Assembly (NCBI GenBank): GCA_963665115.1
Contig: OY762007.1
Span: forward strand, 2,496,001-2,560,000
Direction of reading: 5' to 3'
DNA from: an uncultured Rivularia sp.
GTDB taxonomy: Bacteria; Cyanobacteriota; Cyanobacteriia; Cyanobacteriales; Nostocaceae
Length of the DNA stretch: 64,000 nucleotides
The stretch's first letter is position 1. Each line of letters starts with the position of its first letter. The position numbers and the translations under genes were made by a program. Below, in pieces: positions 22,961-34,751 of this stretch. Under the pieces are notes generated by a model. That model was not told the DNA's origin and did no database searches. It was given only the letters and a program-made list of their open reading frames with translations.

Positions 22961-24167
22961 TCAAGGAACTCTCCCCCTCTCGCAATACGGTAAAGTGACA
23001 ATAAACTTAGCGCCTTCACCAAGTTTGCTTTTAGCCGAAATGTTCCCTCCATGACGTTCGATAATTCTGTCACAAATCGCTAAACCCAAACCCGTACCTT
23101 CGTATTCGTTAGAAACTGTGTAATCGTTGGCAAGGTTCAAATATTTGTTCGAGATATGCTTCATCGAAACCAATCCCGTTATCTTCTATAACTATTTCGC
23201 ATAAGCTACCTAATGCTTGATTTTGACTTCTCGGAGTTTGATAAATTTTGACGACTAATGTAATTTCTGGCTGACGATATTTCAATGAATTACCCAGAAG
23301 ATTTTGAAATAGTTGATAGATTTGACCGGAATCAGCCGAAATAACAGGTAATTTACCTACTTCCCAAACTACATCTGTCAAACCGTCAGCTTGTAAATCT
23401 GACATTACCCCTCGCACAAGTTTATTTAAGTCTACTTTTGTAAAAGGTTGTCCTTTTGTAGTTACAAGGGAAAAACTGAGTAAATCCTTAATCAAGCTTT
23501 GCATTCGATTTCTGACTTGACTGATGCGGTTAAGATAGCCAATGCCTTCTTCACCTAATACCTTTTGGTAATCTTCTTCGAGATATTCCGAAAGAATTTG
23601 AATTTTGTGCAGCGGTGACATTAAATCGTGAGACACGACGCTGGCAAAGTCTTCTAAATCGCGATTGCTACGCTCTAATTCTGTAAGTAAAGTTTTTAAT
23701 CTAGCTTCAGCTTGCTTGCGTGAGGTAATATCTTGGATTTGAGCAATAAAATATAGCGGTTGCTCTTGTTTATCCCTTACCAAAGAAACGCTGAGTAAAA
23801 TCCAAACAACATATCCGCTTGAGTGAAAATAACGTTTTTCCATTTGGTAAGTGCGAATTTCACCCGCAAGCATTCGACGCACGCAACCTAAATCTGCTTC
23901 TAAATCGGCGGGGTGGGTAATTTCTTGAAATGTTTTTTTGAGTAAATCTGTTTCAGAATAGCCAACAATTTCACACAAAGCACGGTTAACCTTTAACCAT
24001 CGCCCATCAGTAGCTACAAGCGCCATACCAATTGCTGCATCGTTGAAAGCTAAACGAAATAACTCTTCGCTATTGGGCAATTGTTCCTCAACTTGCTTTA
24101 ACTGGACGATTTCATTACTATTTGTAGAAACAGGTTTTATTTCTCTACCGTTAATATATTCCGACAC
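22961..24167 (-). CDS. PAS/PAC sensor histidine kinase; frameshift at A3 run 23113-23115
   Basis: PAS (ITHPADL), H-box [23 protein letters not shown]; correction gives [19 protein letters not shown]. Confidence 0.9.
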
Positions 24168-24621
24168 AACGGAAATTAGTTATTTAGTCTACATAATCTA
24201 TCTTGACACATCACAGTTTATGCCGATGAAATAAGAATTGTTATGTTGATAAGTTTTGCTCATTTTATCAAGATCGCATTTAGCAAAAAAAGATTTATTA
24301 TTCTTTTCAAAGAATTCGGATATTGGTCTTTTATTATACACTAGTACAGATTAATATCTGTTATATCGGTGAAAGCGATCGATATAAGTCTTTATGCAAA
24401 AACTATGAAGGCTTAGAAAGCGATTATTTTATTTAAAGAGGAATATAATATGCCAATTATCAATAGTAGAAGTAATCATTAAAAAATAACAAAAAATAAC
24501 GTATTAATTGAAGATTAGCTGATAATACCGGGAATATGTCAATATCCAATAGCCATAGATAAAGAAAGCAATTTAGCTAAAAAGCATTGCAGAATTAACT
24601 AAAGTAAGATATTTTGCCTAA

Positions 24622-24647
24622 TATCTTGTAAATTATATTACAAGATA
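24622..24647. promoter_or_regulatory. Palindrome with 10-bp arms containing an NtcA-like GTA-N8-TAC box upstream of kdpA
   Basis: TATCTTGTAA-attata-TTACAAGATA. Confidence 0.45.
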
Positions 24648-24717
24648 CTAATTTATATTCCTATTAATAGACCCGACAATAGTAACTGTTTATCAAACTG
24701 TATACGGACGAAAATAC

Positions 24718-26400
24718 ATGGGACAAGGTTTGTTGCAGATAGGGTTAACCCTTGCTGTGGTGTTAATTATTACGCCAATAATTGGAAAATATATAGCCAA
24801 CGTATTTATGGGTGAATCTTCATTACTCGATCGAGTCATGAACCCATTAGAAAAAGTTATTTATAAGCTAGCAGACGTAAATCCTCAAGAAAATATGACG
24901 GGTAGGCAATATGCTTATTCTTTGCTACAAAGCAACTTATTTATGGGAATTTTAGTATTTTTACTAATTATTTTTCAAAAAGTTTTACCGTGGAACCCGA
25001 ATGGTTTTGGTGCGCCAAGGTGGGATTTAACACTGCATACGACAATTTCATTTTTAACAAATACGGGACAGCAGCATTACTTAGGAGAAAAAACCCTGAG
25101 CCACTTTAGCAGTATGGCGGGTTTAACCTTTTTGATGTTTGTCTCAGCTGGAACAGGTTTAGCAGTAGGTATTACTTTTCTTCGGGCTTTGACAGGCAAA
25201 CCTTTGGGAAATTATCACGCCGATTTAATTCGGGGGATAACCCGTATATTGCTGCCTATTTCTATTATTGGAGCCATCGTATTATTAGCTCAAGGAGTTC
25301 CGCAAACTCTTTTAGGATCTATAGCAGTAGAAACCTTGGAAGGCAGAACTCAGTATATTGCTAGAGGACCAGTAGCATCTTTTGAAATAATTAAACTGTT
25401 GGGTACAAATGGCGGCGGTTTTTTTGGTGCGAATTCGGCCCATCCCTTTGAAAATCCTAATAGTTTTACCAATTTAATCGAAATTATCGCGATGATGTCT
25501 ATTCCAACCGCGATGATTTTCGTTTACGGTATATTTTCTAACAATATTAAACAAGCTTGGCGGCTGTTTTGGCTGGTATCTATAATCTTTCTAGTTTTAC
25601 TTTGGATAACAGCAACTGGAGAATTTCAAGGTAATCCCCTAGTAAATTCCGACTTAGGACTCGAACAACCTAACTTAGAAGGAAAAGAAGTAAGATTTGG
25701 TTGGGCACAAACAGCGCTATGGGCAGTCATAACTACCGCAACTATGAACGGCGCAGTTAACGGAATGCACGATTCTTTAATGCCTACAGGAGGTTTTTCG
25801 ACCTTACTCAGTATGTTTTTACACGTAATTTGGGGTGGAATAGGAACCGGAATTGTTTATTTATTGATTTATCAATATTTAACCGCATTCTGGGCCGGAT
25901 TAATGATCGGTAGTACTCCAGAATTTTTTGGACGTAAAATTACAAAACGTTCAATAGTGTTAGCGAGCTTGGTAGTGCTAATTCATCCCATAGCGGTGTT
26001 GATACCCAGCGCGATCGCCTTAGCTTATCCCATATCTTTATCCGGAATCAGCAACCCCGGTTTTCACGGTATATCCCAAGTAGTTTACGAGTACATTTCA
26101 GCCAGCGCCAATAACGGCTCCGGCTTTGAAGGTTTGACAGACAATACCTTGTGGTGGAACTTAAGTACTGCTGCGAGTATGCTGCTAGGACGCTACGTTA
26201 GTATATGCGCCATCCTACTTTTAGCTGACACTATGGCACGTACAAAACCAGTACCGGCAATTCCTGCTACCCTAAAAACCGACACACTTTTATTTACCAG
26301 TTTGACAGCAATCCTAATTTTTACTTTAAGCTTTCTAATTTTCTTCCCCATTTTAATTAATGGCCCCTTAGCCGAAGCATTTAAGCTCGCAGCACGGTAA
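24718..26400 (+). CDS. kdpA: K+-transporting ATPase subunit A (divergent)
   Basis: [35 protein letters not shown]. Confidence 0.95.
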   Translation: MGQGLLQIGLTLAVVLIITPIIGKYIANVFMGESSLLDRVMNPLEKVIYKLADVNPQENMTGRQYAYSLLQSNLFMGILVFLLIIFQKVLPWNPNGFGAPRWDLTLHTTISFLTNTGQQHYLGEKTLSHFSSMAGLTFLMFVSAGTGLAVGITFLRALTGKPLGNYHADLIRGITRILLPISIIGAIVLLAQGVPQTLLGSIAVETLEGRTQYIARGPVASFEIIKLLGTNGGGFFGANSAHPFENPNSFTNLIEIIAMMSIPTAMIFVYGIFSNNIKQAWRLFWLVSIIFLVLLWITATGEFQGNPLVNSDLGLEQPNLEGKEVRFGWAQTALWAVITTATMNGAVNGMHDSLMPTGGFSTLLSMFLHVIWGGIGTGIVYLLIYQYLTAFWAGLMIGSTPEFFGRKITKRSIVLASLVVLIHPIAVLIPSAIALAYPISLSGISNPGFHGISQVVYEYISASANNGSGFEGLTDNTLWWNLSTAASMLLGRYVSICAILLLADTMARTKPVPAIPATLKTDTLLFTSLTAILIFTLSFLIFFPILINGPLAEAFKLAAR

Positions 26401-26530
26401 ACAGTGAGCAGTTAGGAGTTAGGAGTAAGTAGCAAGTAGCAAGTAGTAAGTAGCAAGTAGTAAGGAATTAGGAGTTTTAAATTTCTCCTTGTCTCCCCCT
26501 CTCACCCTCTCCCCCTCTCCCCCTCTCCCC

Positions 26531-28639
26531 ATGCCTATGAACCCAGTAGCGACTACTTCTAAATCCAAGCTTGCCAATAGCGCTCCTAAAGAACCTCGTT
26601 CTTCGCGTAAAAAAGTAAAGGCAAGTAAAAAAGGTCTTTATCGTAGAGCGATAAGAGATGCTTTTGCCAAATTTAATCCCAAGCACATTATCAAAAATCC
26701 GGTATTGTTGGTGGTTTGGGTAAGTAGTTTTATTACTTTAGCGGCAACAATTTTCCCGGCTTTATTTGGCTCAAAAGCAATAGCAGATGCACGACTTTTT
26801 AACGGTGCAGTTACTGTAATTTTGTTTTTAACGGTGTGGCTGGCTAACTTTGCCGAAGCCTATGCTCAAAGTCGTGGAAAAGCACAAGCTGATGTATTGC
26901 GCTCGATTAAGTCCGATATAAATGCTAAAAAACTGCTTGCTGACGGTAACATTTCTGAAGTTCCCGCTACCAGTTTGCAGCGCGGCGATACTGTATATGT
27001 CGTAGCTGGTGATGTTATCCCCACCGATGGGGAAGTCATCATGGGTGCTGCGAGCGTAGATGAAGGAGCAATTACCGGAGAATCGGCACCCGTACTCAAA
27101 GAAGCGGGTTCTGATATAGCTAGTTATGTTACTGGTGGCAGCCGTATTATCTCGGATGAATTGATCGTCAGAATTACCGTCGATCCAGACAAAGGGTTTA
27201 TCAACCGGATGATTTACGTCATAGAGAGGAGAGAACGTAAGAAAACACCCAACGAAGCAACTCTGGCAATTTTATTAGTACTGATTAGCTTGATATTTTT
27301 ATCGGCGATCGCAACTTTTCCAGCACTAGCGTATTACGTTAAAGCTCCGATTAGCGTACCTATTTTAATTGCTGTTTTCGTGGCATTAATTCCTACAACA
27401 GTCGGCAGCTTACTAAGTGCTACCACTATTGGAGGCATGGACCGCGTTGCTCAATTAAACTTAATCGCTACTTCAGCTAGAGCCATAGAAGCCTGTGGAG
27501 ATGTCAGCACCTTAATCTTAGATAAAACAGGAACCGTAACCCGAGGCAACCGTTTAGCAGATGGTTTTATTCCTATTAACGGTCATACAATGCAAGAAAT
27601 TGCTTATGTAGGACTAGCGGCAAGTATCTTTGATGACACCTCAGAAGGAAAATCAATAGTCCGTCTGGCACAAAGATTGGGAGCAAGAATTGATTTCGAC
27701 TATCAAGCAGCCTTTCCTGTAAAATTCAGCGCCAAAAGCCGAATCGGTGGAACTAATTTACCTAATGGTTCGATGGTGCGTAAAGGTGCTGTAGATGCTG
27801 TAAAAAACTTTGTGCAATCGCAAGGTGGAGAATTTTCATCCGAACTCAATTCAGCTTACGAAATGGTATCCCAACAAGGAGGTACACCATTAGCCGTATC
27901 CATGAATAACGAAATTTACGGCATTATTTATTTAAAAGACAATATCAAACCGGGCATACGCGAACGCTTCGGACAGTTACGAAGGCTTGGCGTGCGAACC
28001 ATTATGATTACTGGCGACAATCATATAACTACTTCCGTAATTGCCAGAGAAGCCGGTGTCAAAGAATTTATCGCCGAAGCAACCCCCGAAGACAAAATCG
28101 CTGTAGTTCAACGAGAACAAGCAGAAGGTAAATTAGTAGCAATGACAGGGGATGGCACAAACGATGCAGCAGCATTAGCACAAGCCAATGTTGCCGTAGC
28201 CATGAATAATGGAACTCAAGCAGCAAAAGAAGCAGCCAATATCATCGATTTGGACTCAGATCCCACAAAACTAATCGACATTATCGGTATTGGTAAACAA
28301 GTGCTAATGACTCGTGGTGCTTTAATCACATTTTCAGTTGCAAACAACATAGCCAAATACTTTGCAATTGTTCCAGTAATATTTGCTTCGACATCAAATA
28401 AATTAAACATCATGAACTTGACAAGCACCAATTCCGCCGTGCTGTCAGTATTAATTTATAATGCCTTAATTATTCCAGCATTAATACCCTTAGCTCTCAG
28501 AGGTGTACCATTCACACCAATGACACCCAATCAACTTTTACAACGTAATATTTTGATTTATGGAATAGCCGGATTGATTATCCCATTTATCGCCATTAAA
28601 TTAATCGACCTGATAATTTCTCTGACAGTGCTGGCGTGA
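26531..28639 (+). CDS. kdpB: K+-transporting ATPase subunit B (divergent)
   Basis: TGES, IPTT, DKTGT, KGA, GDGTND. Confidence 0.95.
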   Translation: MPMNPVATTSKSKLANSAPKEPRSSRKKVKASKKGLYRRAIRDAFAKFNPKHIIKNPVLLVVWVSSFITLAATIFPALFGSKAIADARLFNGAVTVILFLTVWLANFAEAYAQSRGKAQADVLRSIKSDINAKKLLADGNISEVPATSLQRGDTVYVVAGDVIPTDGEVIMGAASVDEGAITGESAPVLKEAGSDIASYVTGGSRIISDELIVRITVDPDKGFINRMIYVIERRERKKTPNEATLAILLVLISLIFLSAIATFPALAYYVKAPISVPILIAVFVALIPTTVGSLLSATTIGGMDRVAQLNLIATSARAIEACGDVSTLILDKTGTVTRGNRLADGFIPINGHTMQEIAYVGLAASIFDDTSEGKSIVRLAQRLGARIDFDYQAAFPVKFSAKSRIGGTNLPNGSMVRKGAVDAVKNFVQSQGGEFSSELNSAYEMVSQQGGTPLAVSMNNEIYGIIYLKDNIKPGIRERFGQLRRLGVRTIMITGDNHITTSVIAREAGVKEFIAEATPEDKIAVVQREQAEGKLVAMTGDGTNDAAALAQANVAVAMNNGTQAAKEAANIIDLDSDPTKLIDIIGIGKQVLMTRGALITFSVANNIAKYFAIVPVIFASTSNKLNIMNLTSTNSAVLSVLIYNALIIPALIPLALRGVPFTPMTPNQLLQRNILIYGIAGLIIPFIAIKLIDLIISLTVLA

Positions 28640-28772
28640 GAGTTAACAGTAAAGAGAGAGGGGGATGGGGCGATGGGGAGAAATTTAAAACTCCTAACTA
28701 CTCATTACTCCCTACTCTTAACTCCCTACTTACTACTCCCAACTCCTTTAATCCAAAATCGAAAGTTCTATC

Positions 28773-29375
28773 ATGTTTCAACTTCGAGCAATTGCCACTT
28801 CAATTCGAGTTAGCTTGATATTGTGGTTGCTTACTGCCATTATCTATCCATTATTTATACTTTTAGTAGCTCAACTTCCCTTGTTTCAATATCAAGCTGA
28901 GGGTAGTGTAATTGTCGATCTATATAGTGAACCAATTGGTTCGGCTTTAATTGGTCAAACATTTACATCCGAAGAGTATTTTCATAGCCGACCAAGTAGC
29001 GTGTTATACAGTCAGGGGAAAAAAGCTCAACCTACTGGAATATCTGGCTCAAGCAACTTTGCTCCTAGCAACCCAAAATTACTTGAGCGAATTTCGGAAA
29101 CAGCGAATGTACTTCAAGACGAAAGTATAGATCCCCGTGCAGATTTAATTTATACTTCTGCTTCGGGATTAGACCCCCATATTACATATAAATCGGCCAT
29201 GCAGCAGTTAGATAGAGTTGCTAGCGCTCGCAATATACTACCAAATGAAATTTTCCCCGATATTGTCAAATATACCGAACGTAGATTTTTAAATATATTT
29301 GGTGAACCTGGAGTTAATGTCTTGAAATTAAATTACGCTCTCGATCTTCGAGAAATTAGCCGTAGAAGAAATTAA
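28773..29375 (+). CDS. kdpC: K+-transporting ATPase subunit C
   Basis: GSALIGQ.F...YFHSRPS, SASGLDPHI, GEPGVNVLKLN. Confidence 0.95.
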   Translation: MFQLRAIATSIRVSLILWLLTAIIYPLFILLVAQLPLFQYQAEGSVIVDLYSEPIGSALIGQTFTSEEYFHSRPSSVLYSQGKKAQPTGISGSSNFAPSNPKLLERISETANVLQDESIDPRADLIYTSASGLDPHITYKSAMQQLDRVASARNILPNEIFPDIVKYTERRFLNIFGEPGVNVLKLNYALDLREISRRRN

Positions 29376-29384
29376 TCTATTGGA

Positions 29385-29742
29385 GTAGTAGTCCACCACA
29401 TTGATTTTGCAGGGTGTTGGGAGTGCGAGCCGGAAAGCTCGCTAGCTTCTAACAGGGAGCGAGACGCTCCCACTGCATTTTTATTTCCCCGCAAAACTTA
29501 TGTGGCGCGATAGTAATACTCCACAACATTTATTTTGAGGGGTAACATCAATTTTATTGCTCTCGAATTAATTCTCTTTTCCCTCTTCCTCCGCGTACTC
29601 TGCGCTCTCTGCGGTTTTTTCATCCGTTCATAACCCCGCAAAACTTATGTGGTGAAGTAGTAGTACTCTAGGTTAATTATAATGGGTTCGTAGTAAGGAC
29701 TAAAGTCCTAAATACGAGCGATAAATCGCTTACTACAAACCT
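29385..29742. repeat. Cluster of IR-bounded REP elements and one RAYT-type REP doublet (29685-29742)
   Basis: gggagcgagacgctccc; GTAGtaaggactaaagtcct...cttaCTAC. Confidence 0.8.
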
Positions 29743-29823
29743 TGATTAGCCTTCAAAATTAATGTGCAAAGTATTAGCATCGCAAGCGCAAAAATAAATC
29801 CAAAATCTAAAATCCAAAATCCC

Positions 29824-30969
29824 ATGACTCGCGTAATTGGTTTAATGAGCGGTACATCGGTAGATGGTATCGATGCGGCTTTAGTTGATATTTTCGGTAC
29901 GGGTTTAGCCATCAAAATCGAATTGATCGCAGGGGAAACATATCCCTATCCCACACAAATAAGAGAACGTATTCTAAAAATTTGTGCTGGTAAAGCTATC
30001 TCAATGGTAGAGTTGGCAGAATTAGATGATGCGATCGCCACTGCTTTCGCTTCTGCTGCAATCAATATTCAAGCAGATCGTCAACAAGCTACTTTAATCG
30101 GTTCTCACGGTCAAACAGTTTATCACCGACCGCTAACGGGATTTAGTGAAGGAAAACTTGGTTACAGTTTACAAATCGGTCGCGGAACCTTAATTAACCA
30201 TTTGACAGGTATTACCACCATAAATAACTTCCGTGCTGCTGATATTTCAGCAGGCGGGCAAGGTGCGCCTTTAGTACCTCGTATAGATGCAGCTTTACTC
30301 AGTGATGATTCGGAATCTCGCTGTATTCAAAATATTGGTGGAATTGGGAATGTTACTTATATTCCTGTCCGTGGCGGCGATTGGCTTTCAAAGATTCGCG
30401 GTTGGGATACCGGCCCCGGAAATAGTCTATTAGATTTAGCAGTCGAACATTTAACCGACAAAGCAAAAACCTACGACGAAGATGGAAAATGGTCCTCAAC
30501 AGGTAATCCTTGTTTCGATTTAGTAGAACAATGGCTCTCGCAAGAATATTTTCATTTGCCGCCACCGAAATCTACTGGTAGAGAATTATTTGGAGTTGAT
30601 TATTTACATCAATGTATAAAAGAGGCAGAAAGCTTTCAACTTAATCCAGCAGACTTTTTAGCAACTCTTACAGAATTAACAGCAGCCTCAATTGTCAATA
30701 GTTACCGTAACTTTTTACCACAAATGCCACAGCGAGTATTTTTGTGTGGTGGTGGCAGTCGCAACCTTTACTTAAAACATCGGTTACAACAGCTATTAGG
30801 AACCGTACCAGTTTCCACTACAGATGAAGTTGGTTTAAGCGCCGATTTCAAAGAAGCGATCGCATTTGCAGTTCTAGCCTATTGGAGACAAACAAATTCC
30901 CCCGGCAACCTACCCGCAGCAACCGGAGCTACAAAGGAAGTGCTTTTAGGAAACGTTTACTCAGTATGA
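29824..30969 (+). CDS. anmK: Anhydro-N-acetylmuramic acid kinase
   Basis: [38 protein letters not shown]. Confidence 0.96.
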   Translation: MTRVIGLMSGTSVDGIDAALVDIFGTGLAIKIELIAGETYPYPTQIRERILKICAGKAISMVELAELDDAIATAFASAAINIQADRQQATLIGSHGQTVYHRPLTGFSEGKLGYSLQIGRGTLINHLTGITTINNFRAADISAGGQGAPLVPRIDAALLSDDSESRCIQNIGGIGNVTYIPVRGGDWLSKIRGWDTGPGNSLLDLAVEHLTDKAKTYDEDGKWSSTGNPCFDLVEQWLSQEYFHLPPPKSTGRELFGVDYLHQCIKEAESFQLNPADFLATLTELTAASIVNSYRNFLPQMPQRVFLCGGGSRNLYLKHRLQQLLGTVPVSTTDEVGLSADFKEAIAFAVLAYWRQTNSPGNLPAATGATKEVLLGNVYSV

Positions 30970-31108
30970 GGAGAGGGGGAGACAAGGTGATGGGGTGATG
31001 GGGAGTGTGGAGACAATCAACTAACAACTAACTGGTCACTGCTCGCTGTCCGTGGGCTATACTTAACTAGCTTCGCGATACTGCAACAATACAGGGAATT
31101 ATCCACAG

Positions 31109-31555
31109 GTGGCTCATAGTTTTTTACTCGAACCAGGACGCTGGACATTACAAGGAAATTGGTTGGAACGTAATGGTTTGCCAATCGGCGTAAAAGGCAT
31201 GACCTTGGTTGCGTGGAATCGAGATAACTGGTTCACGATGGTAACAAAACTTATTTTTCCTTCATCCCAACATCCTGAAATTGCGTTGCAGTATAAAGGA
31301 CGTTTGGATGATGGCGAACGGCAGTATACTTTTTTACTACAGCATAATTTATTAGGGCAAGTAGAGGGAGAAGGCTGGATTGGTCCGGAGACAATCGTCC
31401 AGCGTTACTGGGTATTGGGCGATCGCCAGCGTCGCAGTGGATTTGAAACCTTACATCGCGTGTCAGACAATACTTATCATCTGACAAGTGGAATCATGGA
31501 AGGTCATTTTCTAATCAGCACAATGGAAGCGAATGTAGAACGACAAGTCAGTTAA
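31109..31555 (+). CDS. Conserved hypothetical protein (predicted beta-rich)
   Basis: 148-aa ORF with protein-like composition. Confidence 0.7.
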   Translation: MAHSFLLEPGRWTLQGNWLERNGLPIGVKGMTLVAWNRDNWFTMVTKLIFPSSQHPEIALQYKGRLDDGERQYTFLLQHNLLGQVEGEGWIGPETIVQRYWVLGDRQRRSGFETLHRVSDNTYHLTSGIMEGHFLISTMEANVERQVS

Positions 31556-32080
31556 CAGTGAACAGTGAGCAGTGTTTAATCAATAACTCCTAATTCTTAA
31601 CTTGTAATTCAACATCCAAAATTCAAAATAAAAATATCTGTTGTTAAAGTCTAAAACTATTTAACTCCTAACTTGTAATCCAAAATGTAAAATCCGTCTT
31701 GAAAAGTTTGAAGGGACGAAAACCGACCCCATTAACTTTCCGCAAAATCCAAAATTATTTAACTCCTAACTCTTAAACATATTTTTTTTCACGGAAAGTT
31801 AAGTTTTTGATTAAAATTTGGGCATTATAAATTTGAGATAAAGTTAATAATTGCACAAAAAACCAGGTTTATTTACCATTTTTTTTTGTTATCAGTCAAT
31901 TTTTAGTTTTTTAAATCCTTTAGGACTTAGGCAAAACCTGACCTTTTTTATGGAAGTTGGGGGGTTATCAATTTCTGGAAGACTATTTTTTCCGTTGTCG
32001 TTGCGTCTCTACTTGTCCTTTATATTCAACACCTGTCTTTGGACTGGTTTTATTTAATATTTTTGCAGATTGGAGTTTTT

Positions 32081-33658
32081 ATGTCAGACCCCAACGTTGG
32101 TCGCTTACTCGGCAAGCGCTACCGGCTTCAGGAGATAATTGGTACTGGAGCTATGGGTCGAGTTTATCGTGCTAAGGATGTCCTGTTGGGAGGGGTGCCT
32201 GTAGCGGTTAAGTTTCTCGCCCTCTCAGTTCAAAACAAAAAAATGCGATTAAGGGAACGTTTTGAGCGAGAAGCCAAAACTTGTGCTTTGTTAGGTCAAA
32301 AAAGCATCCATATTGTCCGAGTTATGGACTATGGTGTGGACGAAAAGTCTACTCCGTTTTATGTAATGGAGTATCTTCAAGGTAAAAGCCTTAGTGAAAT
32401 TATCCGCGATGAAAAATTTTCTTTACTTAGGTTCTTAAGTCTGGCACGTCAAATATGTTTGGGTTTGCAGTGCGCTCACGATGGCATTGTTGTTGATGGT
32501 AAAGTTTGCCCAATCATTCATCGTGATATTAAGCCAAGCAATATGCTGACAATTTACGATGCTAGTTTTGGGGAATTAGTTAAAGTTCTCGATTTTGGTA
32601 TTGCCAAATTACTACTATCGGATACTCAGCAAACTAATTATTATCTAGGTACTTTGGCTTACTCTTCTCCCGAACAGATGGAAGGTAAGGAGCTTGATAA
32701 TCGCTCAGATATTTACAGCTTAGGCGTAATGATGTTCGAGATGTTGACGGGAAAGATGCCTCTAGTCCCGGAAAATCCCTCTTTTGGAGGATGGTATAAA
32801 GTACACCATCACAAACCACCCCGCTCTTTTTCTGAGGCTAACCCCAGATTACAATTGCCTTTAGAAGTAGAAAATTTGGTGATTAAATGTCTGGCGAAGG
32901 AAGCAAACGAGCGTCCTCAAAGTATTAATGAAATTCTCAAAGAATTGGCATCTATAGAGCAACGTTACGAAAATACTCAAGTTCGGACAAACACCGTTAC
33001 TAATGCTCAGTTGAATAGCAACGCTGCTGCTCAAGCTCCTACACTCAAAGCTGATTTTCCTCAACACGATAAGCTTGATGCAAATACTGACTCTTGCAAT
33101 GAAGAAATTTTAAAACAAGCTGTTTGGCCTCAAGATAAACCAATTGCTGATATTGTTTTTCCTCAAAATATTCAGCTAAATGGTAATTTTACACCTGCTT
33201 TATGGGTAATGTTACCGCAAATAGAAATTCAGAAGCGTTTGGTTTGTACTCGCTACAATCAATTCCTATTTATTACTGCACCCCATCCGATGCTGTTATG
33301 GATTACCGTGATTTACCATCGCAAGTTCGGTGCAAAATGGCTTCCTCACTATCTCGACTTGAAAACTAATGCGGGTAAAGATATTGCTACTCTCTTAGGA
33401 GATACAGGTTATTACCGTCTGGTATTTTTTGGAAGAGAAACTCCCTCAAAGTGCAGCCACATTCTACTTTCGAGTATCGCACCTGTTCAACGTCAGCGCC
33501 TACTCTCCTGGGTAAACATGAGCCACACGCTACCATCTTCTGCTAAACCCCAGTTTAGTAAAAACTTGCTCAAAGCCGAATATCATAAGATTAAACCGCA
33601 GATTTTAGCCAAATTACAGGGAATTAATACAGATTCTCCTTTCGACCTTTCTGCTTAA
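32081..33658 (+). CDS. Hanks-type Ser/Thr protein kinase
   Basis: IGTGAMG, VAVK, HRDIKPSN, DFG, SPE; GGAG before ATG 32081. Confidence 0.95.
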   Translation: MSDPNVGRLLGKRYRLQEIIGTGAMGRVYRAKDVLLGGVPVAVKFLALSVQNKKMRLRERFEREAKTCALLGQKSIHIVRVMDYGVDEKSTPFYVMEYLQGKSLSEIIRDEKFSLLRFLSLARQICLGLQCAHDGIVVDGKVCPIIHRDIKPSNMLTIYDASFGELVKVLDFGIAKLLLSDTQQTNYYLGTLAYSSPEQMEGKELDNRSDIYSLGVMMFEMLTGKMPLVPENPSFGGWYKVHHHKPPRSFSEANPRLQLPLEVENLVIKCLAKEANERPQSINEILKELASIEQRYENTQVRTNTVTNAQLNSNAAAQAPTLKADFPQHDKLDANTDSCNEEILKQAVWPQDKPIADIVFPQNIQLNGNFTPALWVMLPQIEIQKRLVCTRYNQFLFITAPHPMLLWITVIYHRKFGAKWLPHYLDLKTNAGKDIATLLGDTGYYRLVFFGRETPSKCSHILLSSIAPVQRQRLLSWVNMSHTLPSSAKPQFSKNLLKAEYHKIKPQILAKLQGINTDSPFDLSA

Positions 33659-34085
33659 ACAAATACCACAGGATTTATATGCTTTCACTGTAATATTTAC
33701 TCAACTAATATTAATTTTTTTTAAGAAAATGCGTTGAAAGACCTGAAATACAGGTATAAGAATAATATATAATTTTTGATTGAAGGCTTACAGTGTTTGA
33801 ATCTGAGGGCTTGTAAGTTGTTTTATTGATTCGGAAGTAATTCTGATGAATTTAATCCGGCTTAATTAGAAATGGCTTAGCCTAAAGTATGCTTTACTTT
33901 TACAAGAGTCAGTAAGTAGGGGTATACACCCTAACTAATCTTGTTTAGAAGCAGGTCATAGTTTTGCTAAAAATACGTTCCGATCGAGGTTAAATAAATA
34001 GTTGACGCCCCAGCATCCCCAGCTTTTTTCCGTCTGCAAGGAACCTAGCAAGAGAAGGAGGTCGTCCACTTTGACGCTATATAGC

Positions 34086-34283
34086 CTATGCCCAAGTGGA
34101 ACCCGAATCCAAGCCCCACTGATGCTTGAGAAGTTCTTGGTAAGTAGCTTCTTTAACAACCATTTGCTCGTAAAGCTTGACCAAGAAGTCCTGAGCTTGT
34201 TCGTGGCTCATGCCTTGAACTTGGCTAGCAAAGGAGCGAATGCTAAATTGCTGCTCCAAAGAAAGTTCGATTGGTTGGCTCAT
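34086..34283 (-). CDS. nblA: Phycobilisome degradation protein NblA
   Basis: LSLEQQF...MSHEQAQDFLVKLYEQM...LLKHQWG. Confidence 0.95.
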   Translation of the reverse strand: MSQPIELSLEQQFSIRSFASQVQGMSHEQAQDFLVKLYEQMVVKEATYQELLKHQWGLDSGSTWA

Positions 34284-34717
34284 TTTTCAAACTCCAATAA
34301 CTAAAGAATAAAATAACAGCGAATGAAACTGCATTAGTAACTACAGAGACAATACGATCTGAGTAAGCAGTGAATTTGCCTGGAAATTATTACCTCCTGT
34401 ATAAAGAAAGATAACAATTGTTTGACATATTGCCCACCGTCGGAATGTCTATTTTTGGCTTTTATCTGTCTTGCATCTCTTCCGAATGATATAAACCTCA
34501 AGTTTGAAGAGTCATATTTCGGTTCTTGCTTAAGTTGTTTGGGCTTATTTAAATAAATGTATCGTTGGAAACTGATGAACGAATCAGCTTTACCCACGAA
34601 TAGCTTGGTTTAAAGCAGATTATTAAGTAAGCTCAAGAAAGACGGGAGAGTAATTAAGGGTGAATTATATTCCCATAGCTTGTAAGCGGCAAGATGTCAA
34701 TTTAGCAAATATAAAAA

Positions 34718-34751
34718 TTTAACCTCCGAATATATTATTTCGGAGGTTAAA
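34718..34751. terminator. Hairpin, probable terminator downstream of the PP2C gene
   Basis: tttaacctccgaa-N8-ttcggaggttaaa. Confidence 0.55.

Noticed and set aside
28636..28818. kdpF/kdpG-like small ORF between kdpB and kdpC
   Set aside because: Region is STRR-derived with no hydrophobic peptide
34002..34597. ORFs 34002-34304, 33956-34159 and 34334-34597
   Set aside because: Overlap or flank nblA with no recognisable protein features; probably non-coding
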